Shown here: piece by piece, positions 26,417 to 35,467 of the stretch
Numbering within the stretch: position 1 is the stretch's first letter
How the letters are laid out: each line of letters starts with the position of its first letter
Source: a virus
Strand: one strand, 5' to 3'
Length of the DNA: 48,852 nt
IMG/VR virus record: IMGVR_UViG_3300010399_000003
Location: 1 to 48,852 of that record
Position numbers and translations under genes: made by a program
Notes under the pieces: generated by a model
Seen by the model: only the letters and a program-made list of their open reading frames with translations
The model's database searches: none
Told to the model about the DNA's origin: nothing

Positions 26417-27604
26417 GTGACGAAGATCGACGCGGTCATTCCAATTCATCCTGATGATGTGCTGCTGTTCAACGAAATCCGGAGTGCGATGCAATCAGTC
26501 GCCAAGGAATACAAGCTGCCGTTGAAGTCGATTCAGGGATTTCCAATGCCGGAATCCGGGATGGCAGACCGGCTCGGCGATTGTTCACACGACGGACATA
26601 TTCGTTTGGTCATGCGCTGCACGGTGAACGGCGAGTGGTGTAGCGCACCGTTGAGCCCGAAAGAAATCTGGGACACGGCGGCGCATGAGCTCGCTCACTT
26701 ACGCCACTTCAATCACGGTATTCAGTTCCGCGAGTTTGAGTTAGAGCTCCAAGAGGCTCTGTCCAATCGGAACGAAGATCATCGGCAAAAGCTGCTCAAG
26801 AAGCTCGTGAAGATTCAGAATCTGCGTGAAAGCGAAGCGCAGCTGGGCAACACGGAAGCAGCGGAATCGTTCGCCGCAGCGATCAATCGGATGCTAGTCG
26901 AGAACGAACTCAACCCGTCAGACATCGATTACGCACGTGCCGCAGATCACGATCCGGTCATCGAAGTGCGATGCGATCCGAAAGATTGGGTCTTCAAACG
27001 TGATGATCATGGGCCGTCGAAAGAATCGTATCGGAAAAAGACGCGCGTCGCATGGCAAGAATCGTTGGCGCGTATCGTCGCGAATGGAAATCTGTGCACG
27101 TTCTTGGTCGCGCGTGATACGAACGTCATCTGGTTTGTTGGAACCAAATCACACGCTACCGTCGCGTCGTACATCTACAGCATCCTCGTGCCGAACGCGG
27201 ATTACATGTCCGACAAGGAGAATTACTACTTCAAGCTGAAGTGCAATCGGGAAGGAACGAAGCACCTTGCTCGCGGATTCCGCGGTGCGTGGCTCGATGC
27301 GTTCGTCAAGCGTGTCGAAGAGCGACTGAACGAAGAGCGCAAGGCGGCAGTCAGACAGGCAGCAGCGGACGTGCCAGGCGGTCAATCGCAGGCGCTGATG
27401 CGTCTGAGCGGCGCGCTCTTGAAAGCACAGAAATACGTCGAAGACAAATTCACAGGCAAGAAAAACACGAGCATCAAGGCACTCGGTAGTTGGGCGAAAT
27501 ATCATCGTCAGGGCACCGAGGCTGGACGAGCAGCGGCAGATCGCATGCCGATCGGTCGTCGTGGCATGGATTCGGCAACAGAACGCAAGAAGTTAGGAGA
27601 ATAG
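26417..27604 (+). CDS. protein with a YgjP/DUF45-like HExxH metallopeptidase motif
   Basis: WDTAAHELAHLRHFNHGIQF resembles the YgjP/WLM/SprT-type HELxHLxxxNHs motif; GTG start with GGAGG upstream. Confidence 0.55.
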   Translation: MTKIDAVIPIHPDDVLLFNEIRSAMQSVAKEYKLPLKSIQGFPMPESGMADRLGDCSHDGHIRLVMRCTVNGEWCSAPLSPKEIWDTAAHELAHLRHFNHGIQFREFELELQEALSNRNEDHRQKLLKKLVKIQNLRESEAQLGNTEAAESFAAAINRMLVENELNPSDIDYARAADHDPVIEVRCDPKDWVFKRDDHGPSKESYRKKTRVAWQESLARIVANGNLCTFLVARDTNVIWFVGTKSHATVASYIYSILVPNADYMSDKENYYFKLKCNREGTKHLARGFRGAWLDAFVKRVEERLNEERKAAVRQAAADVPGGQSQALMRLSGALLKAQKYVEDKFTGKKNTSIKALGSWAKYHRQGTEAGRAAADRMPIGRRGMDSATERKKLGE

Positions 27605-27606
27605 CT

Positions 27607-27825
27607 ATGACCGTAATCCGCAAGGACACATACACGTGCTATTTCCTCAACAGCAATACGGAAAAGACATTTCCAAGCCTCGCAGAAGCACGGGCTGCTG
27701 CCGAAGCGTATTGCGGCAACAATAGTTACGCCAAACCGCTTCCAAGAGACAACACGTTTCTCTACGGACCGGGCGACGGGACAACGTCTGTCATGGTTCG
27801 TCAAGACGTAGAATTCGTAGATTAG
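27607..27825 (+). CDS. hypothetical protein
   Basis: ATG after GGAGAATAGCT; 72 aa. Confidence 0.45.
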   Translation: MTVIRKDTYTCYFLNSNTEKTFPSLAEARAAAEAYCGNNSYAKPLPRDNTFLYGPGDGTTSVMVRQDVEFVD

Positions 27826-27834
27826 GAGTCATCA

Positions 27835-28026
27835 ATGGAAGAACAGATTCGCGAGCTCACAGCTGAAGCGTCGACACTCGGATGGCGACCAGGTTATCGA
27901 CCAGATTCGATTGTGCATCAGGGACTCGTCTTCAACTTGCAAGACACTGATGTCTCCATCGATGGTGATGTCATCGCGTGGATTTACATGGCTCCTGGAA
28001 CCAAATTGACGGTGTTCAATGACTGA
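27835..28026 (+). CDS. hypothetical protein
   Basis: AGGAG SD. Confidence 0.4.
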   Translation: MEEQIRELTAEASTLGWRPGYRPDSIVHQGLVFNLQDTDVSIDGDVIAWIYMAPGTKLTVFND

Positions 28027-28363
28027 TGTGAAACAAATTCAACGCGACCTCCACGACGCATTAGAATTGATTGACGTCTTGCAACACGCGACGCAACTAC
28101 ACGGATACGAGCGACAACCCTACTATCGGCAGATTCAGCTCCTCCTGACTCGGGTGCAAACACTGCTCCTCCTGACTCAGACACAGGAAAAATTGAAAGT
28201 CTACGTCATCGCGAACAAACAGACTGACGCGATTGCAACCGGACGAATCTTCAGCTCGGCAGAAGCCGCTGATAAAGGTCTGATGAAGTTGGTCTCATGG
28301 GTGGCTTCGGAAGCCGACATCCGACGCATGTTTGAAGTAACCGAAGTGGAGGTCGAGTCATGA
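28019..28363 (+). CDS. hypothetical protein
   Basis: ATGA overlap. Confidence 0.5.
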   Translation: MTDVKQIQRDLHDALELIDVLQHATQLHGYERQPYYRQIQLLLTRVQTLLLLTQTQEKLKVYVIANKQTDAIATGRIFSSAEAADKGLMKLVSWVASEADIRRMFEVTEVEVES

Positions 28364-29400
28364 CTCAACTCGCACAACCACCCGGTGTGGCAGCACCGTG
28401 GCAAGTCGCCATGGATTCCCACATGAGCGCATTGAAACTAATCAATCATCTCACGAATCATTCGAATGATCTTGATTCGCGGTGGGCGGTCGATAAATTG
28501 ATCATGGAAGACGCCGTGCCGTTTTCGTGGTCCACCGAATCGATCGAAGCAGTCCTGGCCGCGAGTCGAACAATTCCACCGGATACGGTGCTGAACGTCT
28601 GGAATCTCGATACGAATGCCGCGTGGTGGTATTTCGACCAGGAACTGCCGTTTCCCACGATCAACGGCATCGACGGAATTCCGCCAGAGATCGCATCCAA
28701 AACTGGAGTCAAAGCCATGAGCATCGGATGGGTGTTGCATGCGCCTGAGGTTGCCAAGTTTCCAGCTGGCACCGATGTGCGAATTGTGGAACGCGCAATC
28801 CGGGAAGGTCCACCGAAGAAGCGCATGCTCGCAGTCGCGTCGTGGCTGTTAGACCCACTCAAACGATGGACCATGATTCCATCGCAAACGATGCAATGGG
28901 AGTTGAATGATTCACTCGAAGAATTGATGCGCAAATCGAAAACCAAGCATCAACACTTATACGGACCAGGAGGCAAGTGGGAGCGCGTCGCGCATGTCCA
29001 TGAAGACGTGTTCATGAATGCGGCGGAAGGAATGGCTCGATTCATTTTGGCTGGCTTAGCATGGTTGAATCAGAAGGTGCCGATTCTAGTTCAGTCGGAA
29101 GGGCACATCGAACGGCATCGACGTAAGGAATATCAGAAGAAAGTCAATCCGAGTATCACGCATGTGAAAGTCATTTCGCTGCGTCGGGTGGAGCGCCAAA
29201 AGGCGGCAGACCCCGATACAGCACCCGGCGCAAAGCGCGAATATTCTGTCCGATTTCCCGTGGACGGTCACTGGCGCAATCAACCTTACGGACCGAAGCG
29301 CCATGAACGGCGTTTGATCTGGATTTCGCCATTCATCAAAGGTCCTGCGGATAAACCGCTCCGCGTGCCGGAGCACAAAGTCTACAAGGTGAATCGATAA
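28360..29400 (+). CDS. hypothetical protein (346 aa)
   Basis: ATGA overlap; long clean ORF. Confidence 0.55.
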   Translation: MTQLAQPPGVAAPWQVAMDSHMSALKLINHLTNHSNDLDSRWAVDKLIMEDAVPFSWSTESIEAVLAASRTIPPDTVLNVWNLDTNAAWWYFDQELPFPTINGIDGIPPEIASKTGVKAMSIGWVLHAPEVAKFPAGTDVRIVERAIREGPPKKRMLAVASWLLDPLKRWTMIPSQTMQWELNDSLEELMRKSKTKHQHLYGPGGKWERVAHVHEDVFMNAAEGMARFILAGLAWLNQKVPILVQSEGHIERHRRKEYQKKVNPSITHVKVISLRRVERQKAADPDTAPGAKREYSVRFPVDGHWRNQPYGPKRHERRLIWISPFIKGPADKPLRVPEHKVYKVNR

Positions 29401-29513
29401 TGCGTTGGTTTATCTTCAAACTCATCACATACCTGCTAATCTGGTTAGCGAAGATCTTCCTTGGTCTCGCGTTCTGGATAGCTGGCGGGCGAAATGGGAA
29501 AGGGATATCATGA
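29400..29513 (+). CDS. possible 37-aa membrane peptide, absent from the ORF track because it is shorter than 60 aa
   Basis: TAATG overlap upstream and ATGA overlap downstream. MRWFIFKLITYLLIWLAKIFLGLAFWIAGG is a single TM helix. Confidence 0.35.
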   Translation: MRWFIFKLITYLLIWLAKIFLGLAFWIAGGRNGKGIS

Positions 29514-29782
29514 ATCCATGGTGGAGTCAGCAAGAATTCTACTGCAAATGCCAATTTGCACACAGAAGAGATTTCTGGGGTCAATTCATTCCAGGAATAG
29601 ATCCATGGGTGCATGTACACAGACAAGAACCACCGCATGCGTGTGCACGATGCAGTGAATGCAAGGAATATCGTCCTCACATTCCTGAACACATTGGTAT
29701 CAAGATTTTGCTCGGTCCAGAAATATCGGTATCAGAAGCCGCCGATATTTTGCTGGGTAAAGAAGAGAAGGTGGATCGATGA
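29510..29782 (+). CDS. Cys/His-rich small protein
   Basis: MNPWWSQQEFYCKCQFAHRRD...HACARCSECKEY. Confidence 0.4.
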   Translation: MNPWWSQQEFYCKCQFAHRRDFWGQFIPGIDPWVHVHRQEPPHACARCSECKEYRPHIPEHIGIKILLGPEISVSEAADILLGKEEKVDR

Positions 29783-30126
29783 GCAAGAAAATCATTTATC
29801 GCCAAGACTATCTCTCGTCCGACGGCGAAACGAAACACTGGGTTGTCGTCTACGACGATGATTCAATTTCCTGCTCGTGCCGTGGCTTCAGCACACCATC
29901 CAAATGCTGGCATGTAAAAAAAGAAGCCAAAGACATGGGTCTGGAACTCGATATCAGCACATGGGGCGCGAAACTCGGGCCTCCGCTGAAGGATGAACGA
30001 ATGGAAATGCTCGTCAAGGGCAAGACCTTCGTCGCAAATCCGGGACCGCATTCCTATGTGCGGAGTCACCTCACTGTGTGCTATTCGTGCGGAAAACTAA
30101 AGAAGGATCCGATTCACTGGCGATGA
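29779..30126 (+). CDS. SWIM zinc-finger protein
   Basis: ISCSCRGFSTPSKCWHV fits the SWIM CxCxnCxH signature. Confidence 0.55.
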   Translation: MSKKIIYRQDYLSSDGETKHWVVVYDDDSISCSCRGFSTPSKCWHVKKEAKDMGLELDISTWGAKLGPPLKDERMEMLVKGKTFVANPGPHSYVRSHLTVCYSCGKLKKDPIHWR

Positions 30127-30332
30127 ATCTGCGAATCTGGGCAGCCTGTCGATTCTGCGACGGACAACACGTGATTGACTCCTACGATCTAGGATTCGGT
30201 CGCGACAAAGCGGTCTGCGCAAACTGCGTCGAGAAACTCGAAGCACAATTTCCATCGAAGATAGCAAAGCAAATTCTGCTCGGCAATCTTCCTGCGCCGC
30301 CTGGTCTTTTCAGACAGAAGGAGAAACCATGA
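30123..30332 (+). CDS. zinc-ribbon small protein
   Basis: ATGA overlap; CRFCDG...CANC. Confidence 0.4.
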   Translation: MNLRIWAACRFCDGQHVIDSYDLGFGRDKAVCANCVEKLEAQFPSKIAKQILLGNLPAPPGLFRQKEKP

Positions 30333-30778
30333 TTGATGCATTCCGCGGAAAGTACATGAAATTGAGCAACTACTCGCTCGTGACCATCATGTACGAAGGT
30401 CACGCCTACATGTCCGTCGAACATGCGTATCAAGCACAAAAGACGACGGATCCTGTGTTGCAGAAACAAATTCGTGATTCACCAACTCCGGCGACCGCCA
30501 AGAAACTCGCGCGCAGCGTTCCGCTTCGACCGGATTGGGAAGAAGTCAAAGTGCCGATCATGCTCCAATTGCTTCGTGAGAAATTCGCGCAAGAACCGGA
30601 GCGCACGATTCTCATGACGACCTACGATGAGGAGCTCGTCGAAGGCAACTGGTGGAACGATACCTTCTGGGGCGTCTGCAACGGCGTCGGCGAAAACATG
30701 CTCGGTAAATTGCTCATGAAAGTTCGCCAGGAACTTTGGGAAGAGCTGGCTATGGACGGAGGTTCATTGCCAATATGA
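30329..30778 (+). CDS. NADAR-domain protein (YbiA/DUF1768 family ADP-ribose-processing hydrolase)
   Basis: By eye it aligns to E. coli YbiA: SNY...EHAYQAQK, SPTPATAKKLARS, LREKFAQ, LVEGNWWNDTFWGVCNGVGENMLGKLLMKVRQEL. Confidence 0.85.
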   Translation: MIDAFRGKYMKLSNYSLVTIMYEGHAYMSVEHAYQAQKTTDPVLQKQIRDSPTPATAKKLARSVPLRPDWEEVKVPIMLQLLREKFAQEPERTILMTTYDEELVEGNWWNDTFWGVCNGVGENMLGKLLMKVRQELWEELAMDGGSLPI

Positions 30779-31155
30779 TGATCTTGCTGATCTTGCAACT
30801 TATCGTCGCGCCGGACCACCGTCTGACTCCTGGCTTGATCAGGACCAACATCAGCGCCGTCGAATCGTGCGCGACTCGCTGGAGTCTGGATGCACGGCAC
30901 GTGACTACCAGGATGCGCCGGCAGGTTTTCCAAAGTTACGGCATCGCCTGGAGCGACCGACGCTTCTACGTCGTAGACCACCTGATTCCGCGTGAGCTCG
31001 GCGGCGCAGATGATCTGCGAAATTTGTGGCCACAGAGTAAGGCGAATGCCAAGCGCAAAGATGTATGGGAGAATCGCTTACATCGTGATGTTTGCGCAGG
31101 GCGCATGCGATTTGTCGATGCTCAACGCATTATGCGAAACTGGGATCGTCCCTAA
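30775..31155 (+). CDS. HNH endonuclease
   Basis: YVVDHLIPRELGGADDLRNLWPQSKANAKRKD is an HNH core (DH-x-xP ... GG ... N). Confidence 0.75.
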   Translation: MMILLILQLIVAPDHRLTPGLIRTNISAVESCATRWSLDARHVTTRMRRQVFQSYGIAWSDRRFYVVDHLIPRELGGADDLRNLWPQSKANAKRKDVWENRLHRDVCAGRMRFVDAQRIMRNWDRP

Positions 31156-31171
31156 GACGGAGGTGATTGGA

Positions 31172-31576
31172 ATGAACACAACATTTCGAATAGCGACACA
31201 TTCAGTGCTTCCTGATCGACAGGTTATTGAGATCTGGTGCGCTGGTAGTTTCATTGGGCAAATTACGGCGATCAATGGACGACCTGGTCTACGAGTTCTG
31301 AGTAAGCACGGTTTACGAACAAATCCAATGCCAGAACCTGCTTCAGATGTAACAACACCCGTTGCGGTGGTGGAAGTGGAAGTATTGGTAAAGTCGGCAA
31401 CACCTCACACCGAGTTACTGGAGCCAACCTTGGAACAGCAATTGGCATTCTCATTGGAGATGCAGTCACGACTGGAACGGCGCAACGAAGAACTCGCCGA
31501 TGCGTATGAACAGATGCGTCAGGAACTTGACCGTATCAAGGCGGTAATCCTTGCACTTCATGCGGAACGAAAATGA
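31172..31576 (+). CDS. hypothetical protein
   Basis: ATG after GGAGGTGATTGGA; coiled-coil C-terminus. Confidence 0.5.
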   Translation: MNTTFRIATHSVLPDRQVIEIWCAGSFIGQITAINGRPGLRVLSKHGLRTNPMPEPASDVTTPVAVVEVEVLVKSATPHTELLEPTLEQQLAFSLEMQSRLERRNEELADAYEQMRQELDRIKAVILALHAERK

Positions 31577-31872
31577 ATACACGAAAAGAAGAAAATGAGC
31601 AAAAAGCACGTGACGTGATTCACGCGCTCAGCAACTATGTCAACGAATGCCGGCCGATCGAATTCCTCGTGGATTCGATGGCAAACGAGCACCCAACGAT
31701 TCAACAGCAGATGACAATCTTCACCTTGCAGTGGTTGCTGCATCTATCCACGTTACATCAATACGACTTGCGAAATTCGAAATCCATCAGCATCGCCAAA
31801 GCCGTCCGTCCGATCTTGGAAGCGAAAGACGTAATTCGCGAAGATGGAAGGGTGCATCTACCATGTATCTAG
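31573..31872 (+). CDS. hypothetical protein
   Basis: ATGA overlap. Confidence 0.45.
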   Translation: MNTRKEENEQKARDVIHALSNYVNECRPIEFLVDSMANEHPTIQQQMTIFTLQWLLHLSTLHQYDLRNSKSISIAKAVRPILEAKDVIREDGRVHLPCI

Positions 31873-32114
31873 AGAATAGCTTGTTCCGCGAGCTCGCGCA
31901 CACAAATCCGAAGCTGTTCATGGTGATGATCTGCTTCCTCGCGTGGTGTATGATCCGCGGCCTCGTGATTCTTGCACTTCGTGCCTTTCGCTTCTGTAAC
32001 ATCTTGTTTCGCGGCTGGCCGCCAACGCACTTGGATGCGGACGGCGACACGTGGATTCCAGGAAATCAAATTCGCAATTCGGTCGATTCACTCTATCCGC
32101 CTAACTCGAAATGA
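31863..32114 (+). CDS. small membrane protein
   Basis: KLFMVMICFLAWCMIRGLVILAL is a TM helix; overlaps the upstream stop. Confidence 0.4.
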   Translation: MYLENSLFRELAHTNPKLFMVMICFLAWCMIRGLVILALRAFRFCNILFRGWPPTHLDADGDTWIPGNQIRNSVDSLYPPNSK

Positions 32115-32119
32115 GGTGA

Positions 32120-32521
32120 TTGATGGCATTCAAGTTGACGAAAGCGGAAAGCGCCGAGCGTGAGCAAGTGCTTCAGCAATTGAACGATGCGTGGACTGCA
32201 TACGAAGACGAACTGAGCAAGGCGAAAGAAGCGATTCAAGCAGTCTACGATTCGCTCAACGCGAAACTCGGCGACTATCGTACGGCGATCGAAGAAGCTA
32301 CTCGCGTCAGCGAAGAAATTGGAAATCGTTTGCGTGAGGAATGGGACGGTAAAAGCGAAAAGTGGCAGGAGAGCGACGCTGGAACTAGTGCCAATGAGAT
32401 GGTCGAACAGTGGGAAAATGTACAGTTCGATGAGGTCGAGGATCTCGATCCGCCCGATATTGAGGAAGTCAACAGCGATCACTGCGAAACCTTTGAGGGA
32501 TTACCAACGGAGGTCGAATGA
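32120..32521 (+). CDS. hypothetical acidic coiled-coil protein
   Basis: GGTGATTG upstream; 133 aa. Confidence 0.5.
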   Translation: MMAFKLTKAESAEREQVLQQLNDAWTAYEDELSKAKEAIQAVYDSLNAKLGDYRTAIEEATRVSEEIGNRLREEWDGKSEKWQESDAGTSANEMVEQWENVQFDEVEDLDPPDIEEVNSDHCETFEGLPTEVE

Positions 32522-32934
32522 GATCCGCAGCTGAAATCGGCATGCTCTGGCCGCGTTGCAAATCGTGCGGTCACATCGCACAGTCGCACAGCACTGGCGA
32601 AACTATCTGCGGCGAAATGGTTCGCGCACTCTGCCCGACGTGTGGCACATGGCAGAAAATCTCGTGCCAGTGCTTGATCTACAACGGACCGACGTGGGAT
32701 GAGTTCGTGAAGACCTTCAATCTCACGCCGGAAGAAATTGAACGCTATTTTCCAAAGGATGTGCGCATGGGATCAAACGTCTACCTAATCCGCGAGAAAG
32801 AAACCGAGAAGCTCTTTTCCATCTGGACTAGCCGAGAAATGGCGAGTGCCGCATTGTTGTACTATCAAGCGCGAGGCGTAAAATGCCACGTCATCGAATG
32901 GCAAGTGAACGTCAGTTTCGAACAACCCGCGTGA
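32518..32934 (+). CDS. zinc-ribbon protein
   Basis: ATGA overlap; CKSCGH...CPTCG. Confidence 0.5.
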   Translation: MRSAAEIGMLWPRCKSCGHIAQSHSTGETICGEMVRALCPTCGTWQKISCQCLIYNGPTWDEFVKTFNLTPEEIERYFPKDVRMGSNVYLIREKETEKLFSIWTSREMASAALLYYQARGVKCHVIEWQVNVSFEQPA

Positions 32935-33194
32935 TTGTCGATTTCCAAATCTGCCGCCATTGCGAGCACATCACGACAGTCTTCCGTGGTCAGGAACCAC
33001 AAACGGTATGCGATCGCTGTTACGCATCCACGTGGATCTTCACCAGCGCGGCTGATTCAGAAAATGAGCCGCTTGAAGAAGCGATGACTGTGTGGTTGCT
33101 GTGCAACGAGGCTCGCGCCAAACGAATCTTGACAGCATTCTATCTCCGATCGCTTTCGCTGATTCGAAAAATCTATGAGACAAAAATTCATTGA
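32931..33194 (+). CDS. possible small Cys-containing protein
   Basis: GTG start overlapping the upstream stop; CRHCEH...CDRC. Confidence 0.3.
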   Translation: MIVDFQICRHCEHITTVFRGQEPQTVCDRCYASTWIFTSAADSENEPLEEAMTVWLLCNEARAKRILTAFYLRSLSLIRKIYETKIH

Positions 33195-33534
33195 ACTCTG
33201 CCACGAGATGGCAGCACACACAGCACCGGAGTGCGCGAATAATTGTCGCGTTCCGCACTCGTGCTGTGCTCCAGAGTATTGCGAATTAGCGGAACATAGC
33301 ATGGAGAAGCACGGCGTCTTGCTGCAACCGACTAATCATCCAACGCTCAAATACATGAGTCCGACTGGATGTATCGTCGAACCGCAGTATCGGTTGCTCT
33401 GCACTCTCCACACCTGCGCCATCAGTAGCCACGGTTTCAAAGCTGGCGATCCTGAATGGACGAAGAAATATTTCCATTTGCGTGACGCGATGGAGATTGA
33501 ATTGTGGGTTGAAGAATCGGAGGACAAGACATGA
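33175..33534 (+). CDS. Cys-rich protein
   Basis: CHEMAAHTAPECANNCRVPHSCCAPEYC. Confidence 0.45.
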   Translation: MRQKFIELCHEMAAHTAPECANNCRVPHSCCAPEYCELAEHSMEKHGVLLQPTNHPTLKYMSPTGCIVEPQYRLLCTLHTCAISSHGFKAGDPEWTKKYFHLRDAMEIELWVEESEDKT

Positions 33535-33992
33535 TAGCTGAGCGACGATTTCGTGAACAAGTAGTGGCCGAAGCGCTGGCACGATTTGTTCATCACAACC
33601 AAACGCTGATGTCGAGCAACGAATCGTATATCATGCATCCTTCGGCAGTGGCGAGCGCATTGCCGGATTCGCTGAAAGCCGCCGGGTGGCTGCATGACGT
33701 CATCGAAGATTCACCGCCGGAATGTCCGATCACGCCGATCCGTCTGGTCGCGGCGGGGATTTCGCTCTTCACGGCGACAATCGTCGACATCGTATCGCGC
33801 ACCGAGAATGAAACATACGAACGCTACATTCAACGCGTCGCGACATCCGGAAATCGTGGCGCGATTGAAGTAAAGCTGGCCGACTTGAGACATAATCTGC
33901 GACCCGGATGTCCATCCTCGCTTCGTGAACGTTATGAGCGAGCCGTTCCTATCCTGACTGCAGCATTGGAGACCATGATCAATGGCACATAA
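33531..33992 (+). CDS. small HD-domain (RelA/SpoT-type) hydrolase; candidate (p)ppGpp or alarmone hydrolase
   Basis: YIMHPSAVASAL...AGWLHDVIED...IEVKLADLRHNL matches the SpoT/Mesh1 HD signatures (H...HD...D, KLADRLHN). Confidence 0.8.
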   Translation: MIAERRFREQVVAEALARFVHHNQTLMSSNESYIMHPSAVASALPDSLKAAGWLHDVIEDSPPECPITPIRLVAAGISLFTATIVDIVSRTENETYERYIQRVATSGNRGAIEVKLADLRHNLRPGCPSSLRERYERAVPILTAALETMINGT

Positions 33993-34167
33993 GGTCGTAT
34001 CGTATATTCAAGTGACGCGAGCTACATCTTCACTGACGGCCTATCGTACTGTGAAGGACTGGCTCAATCGCTATTCACATCAACGAGTCGTTGAAAAGAT
34101 TGACGAGAAAATTGCGGAGAAGGAACAGCTCATCGCGAAATACGCTGAAATGGGGGATGAAGAATGA
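33982..34167 (+). CDS. hypothetical protein
   Basis: 61-aa ORF. Confidence 0.4.
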   Translation: MAHKVVSYIQVTRATSSLTAYRTVKDWLNRYSHQRVVEKIDEKIAEKEQLIAKYAEMGDEE

Positions 34168-34334
34168 CCTATTGGTTATGGCACATCATTATTCCCGCGA
34201 TCCTCGGGTTCATCGCTGGCGTCTATGTCGCCAGTCATCGGCGAACGAAGCGTCTGCGCACTGAAGCGAAAGAAGACCAAGAACGACTGCGGCGTATTGA
34301 ACAGGCCGAGCACAGATTTCGGAGGAGGTCATGA
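34164..34334 (+). CDS. possible 56-aa membrane protein, shorter than 60 aa and absent from the ORF track
   Basis: ATGA overlaps on both sides. MTYWLWHIIIPAILGFIAGVYVASH is a TM helix followed by a basic tail. Confidence 0.35.
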   Translation: MTYWLWHIIIPAILGFIAGVYVASHRRTKRLRTEAKEDQERLRRIEQAEHRFRRRS

Positions 34335-34636
34335 AAGTCGGTGATCGTGTTCGTGAGAATATGGAAGACGGTCCGCAAATTGGTATGCGCGGGACAATCG
34401 AGAAAATCAGTCCGCTAGGTTACATCAAAATCCAGTGGGATCGTCAACACAATCTGTTGCCTGCCTATTTCCGTCCAGGAACAGAAGATGTGATACTCGT
34501 GACCGGCGAAGATGCACGACCGCGCCATGTCTGGAAGGTGCTCGACGATATCCACGCGGACCCGCCCTGCGAAGTGTGCGGAGTGATTCAAACAGATGCG
34601 AACGAACGCGAACCTTGTCCAGGAGCGAAGCCATGA
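34331..34636 (+). CDS. hypothetical protein
   Basis: GGAGGAGGTC upstream; CEVCG. Confidence 0.45.
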   Translation: MKVGDRVRENMEDGPQIGMRGTIEKISPLGYIKIQWDRQHNLLPAYFRPGTEDVILVTGEDARPRHVWKVLDDIHADPPCEVCGVIQTDANEREPCPGAKP

Positions 34637-34935
34637 TCATCACAGGAGAATGGGACGACGAGCATTGGTATGGCGATGTGCGTGTCGACGGCCGCGTGCT
34701 CAGTCCGAAGCGATCGCAGAAAATCAGGAACCACAGTCCAGACGGATTTGCGTGGGGTTACGGCGGCAGTGGACCAGCGCAACTGGCGTTGGCGATTTTG
34801 CTGAAGGCTGGGTTGTCGCCGGAGCGCGCGGTTGACCTCTATCAGCAGTTCAAGGTACAGTACATTTCCAATCTGCCACGTGGCGCCTTCATGCTCGACG
34901 TCGACGTGCTCGATTGGGTGCGGAGGCAAAAGTGA
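34633..34935 (+). CDS. hypothetical protein
   Basis: ATGA overlap; MIITGEWDDEHWYGD... Confidence 0.45.
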   Translation: MIITGEWDDEHWYGDVRVDGRVLSPKRSQKIRNHSPDGFAWGYGGSGPAQLALAILLKAGLSPERAVDLYQQFKVQYISNLPRGAFMLDVDVLDWVRRQK

Positions 34936-35192
34936 TGCTAACCGTTCATGTCATCAGTTTCCGTCGCAAAAGAAACTCGCGGCCGGAAGTCGGATTGATC
35001 ATCAACGAAGATATGCTGATCATCGATAGCAAGGCGAAGATCGTGGAAACAGTCTGGACGTTCCAACATATGTGGTGGCGTGGCGCGTTGGCTGTGGACA
35101 CACGCGAAACGCCGATCAAACTTTCGCTCCAGAACGAAACTGCGGAAGCTATAAAAGAATTTCACAAGCGCCACAGTCTCAAAAGAAAATGA
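34935..35192 (+). CDS. hypothetical protein
   Basis: TGATG overlap. Confidence 0.4.
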   Translation: MLTVHVISFRRKRNSRPEVGLIINEDMLIIDSKAKIVETVWTFQHMWWRGALAVDTRETPIKLSLQNETAEAIKEFHKRHSLKRK

Positions 35193-35467
35193 ACACGAAT
35201 CGCAAATTGACTCCACGTCAAGCGCTCAAATTGATGGATCAAGCACGGCGAGATCGCATCAAAGATGCAATTTACGCCACGTACAATTCTGTTGGCGGAG
35301 ATGTGTGGGGCGAAAAGACGCCATCCGATGCGATCTTCGTCGATGTCGTGTGTGACAATATTCGTTACTTCCGCAAGGGGACCAAATGCACGAACGAAGA
35401 CGTCGATATTTTCTGGGCACTCAGCGCCAGACAGCGAAGAATTCTGTGCCTGGAAGTGGGTCCGTAA
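35189..35467 (+). CDS. hypothetical protein
   Basis: ATGA overlap. Confidence 0.45.
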   Translation: MNTNRKLTPRQALKLMDQARRDRIKDAIYATYNSVGGDVWGEKTPSDAIFVDVVCDNIRYFRKGTKCTNEDVDIFWALSARQRRILCLEVGP

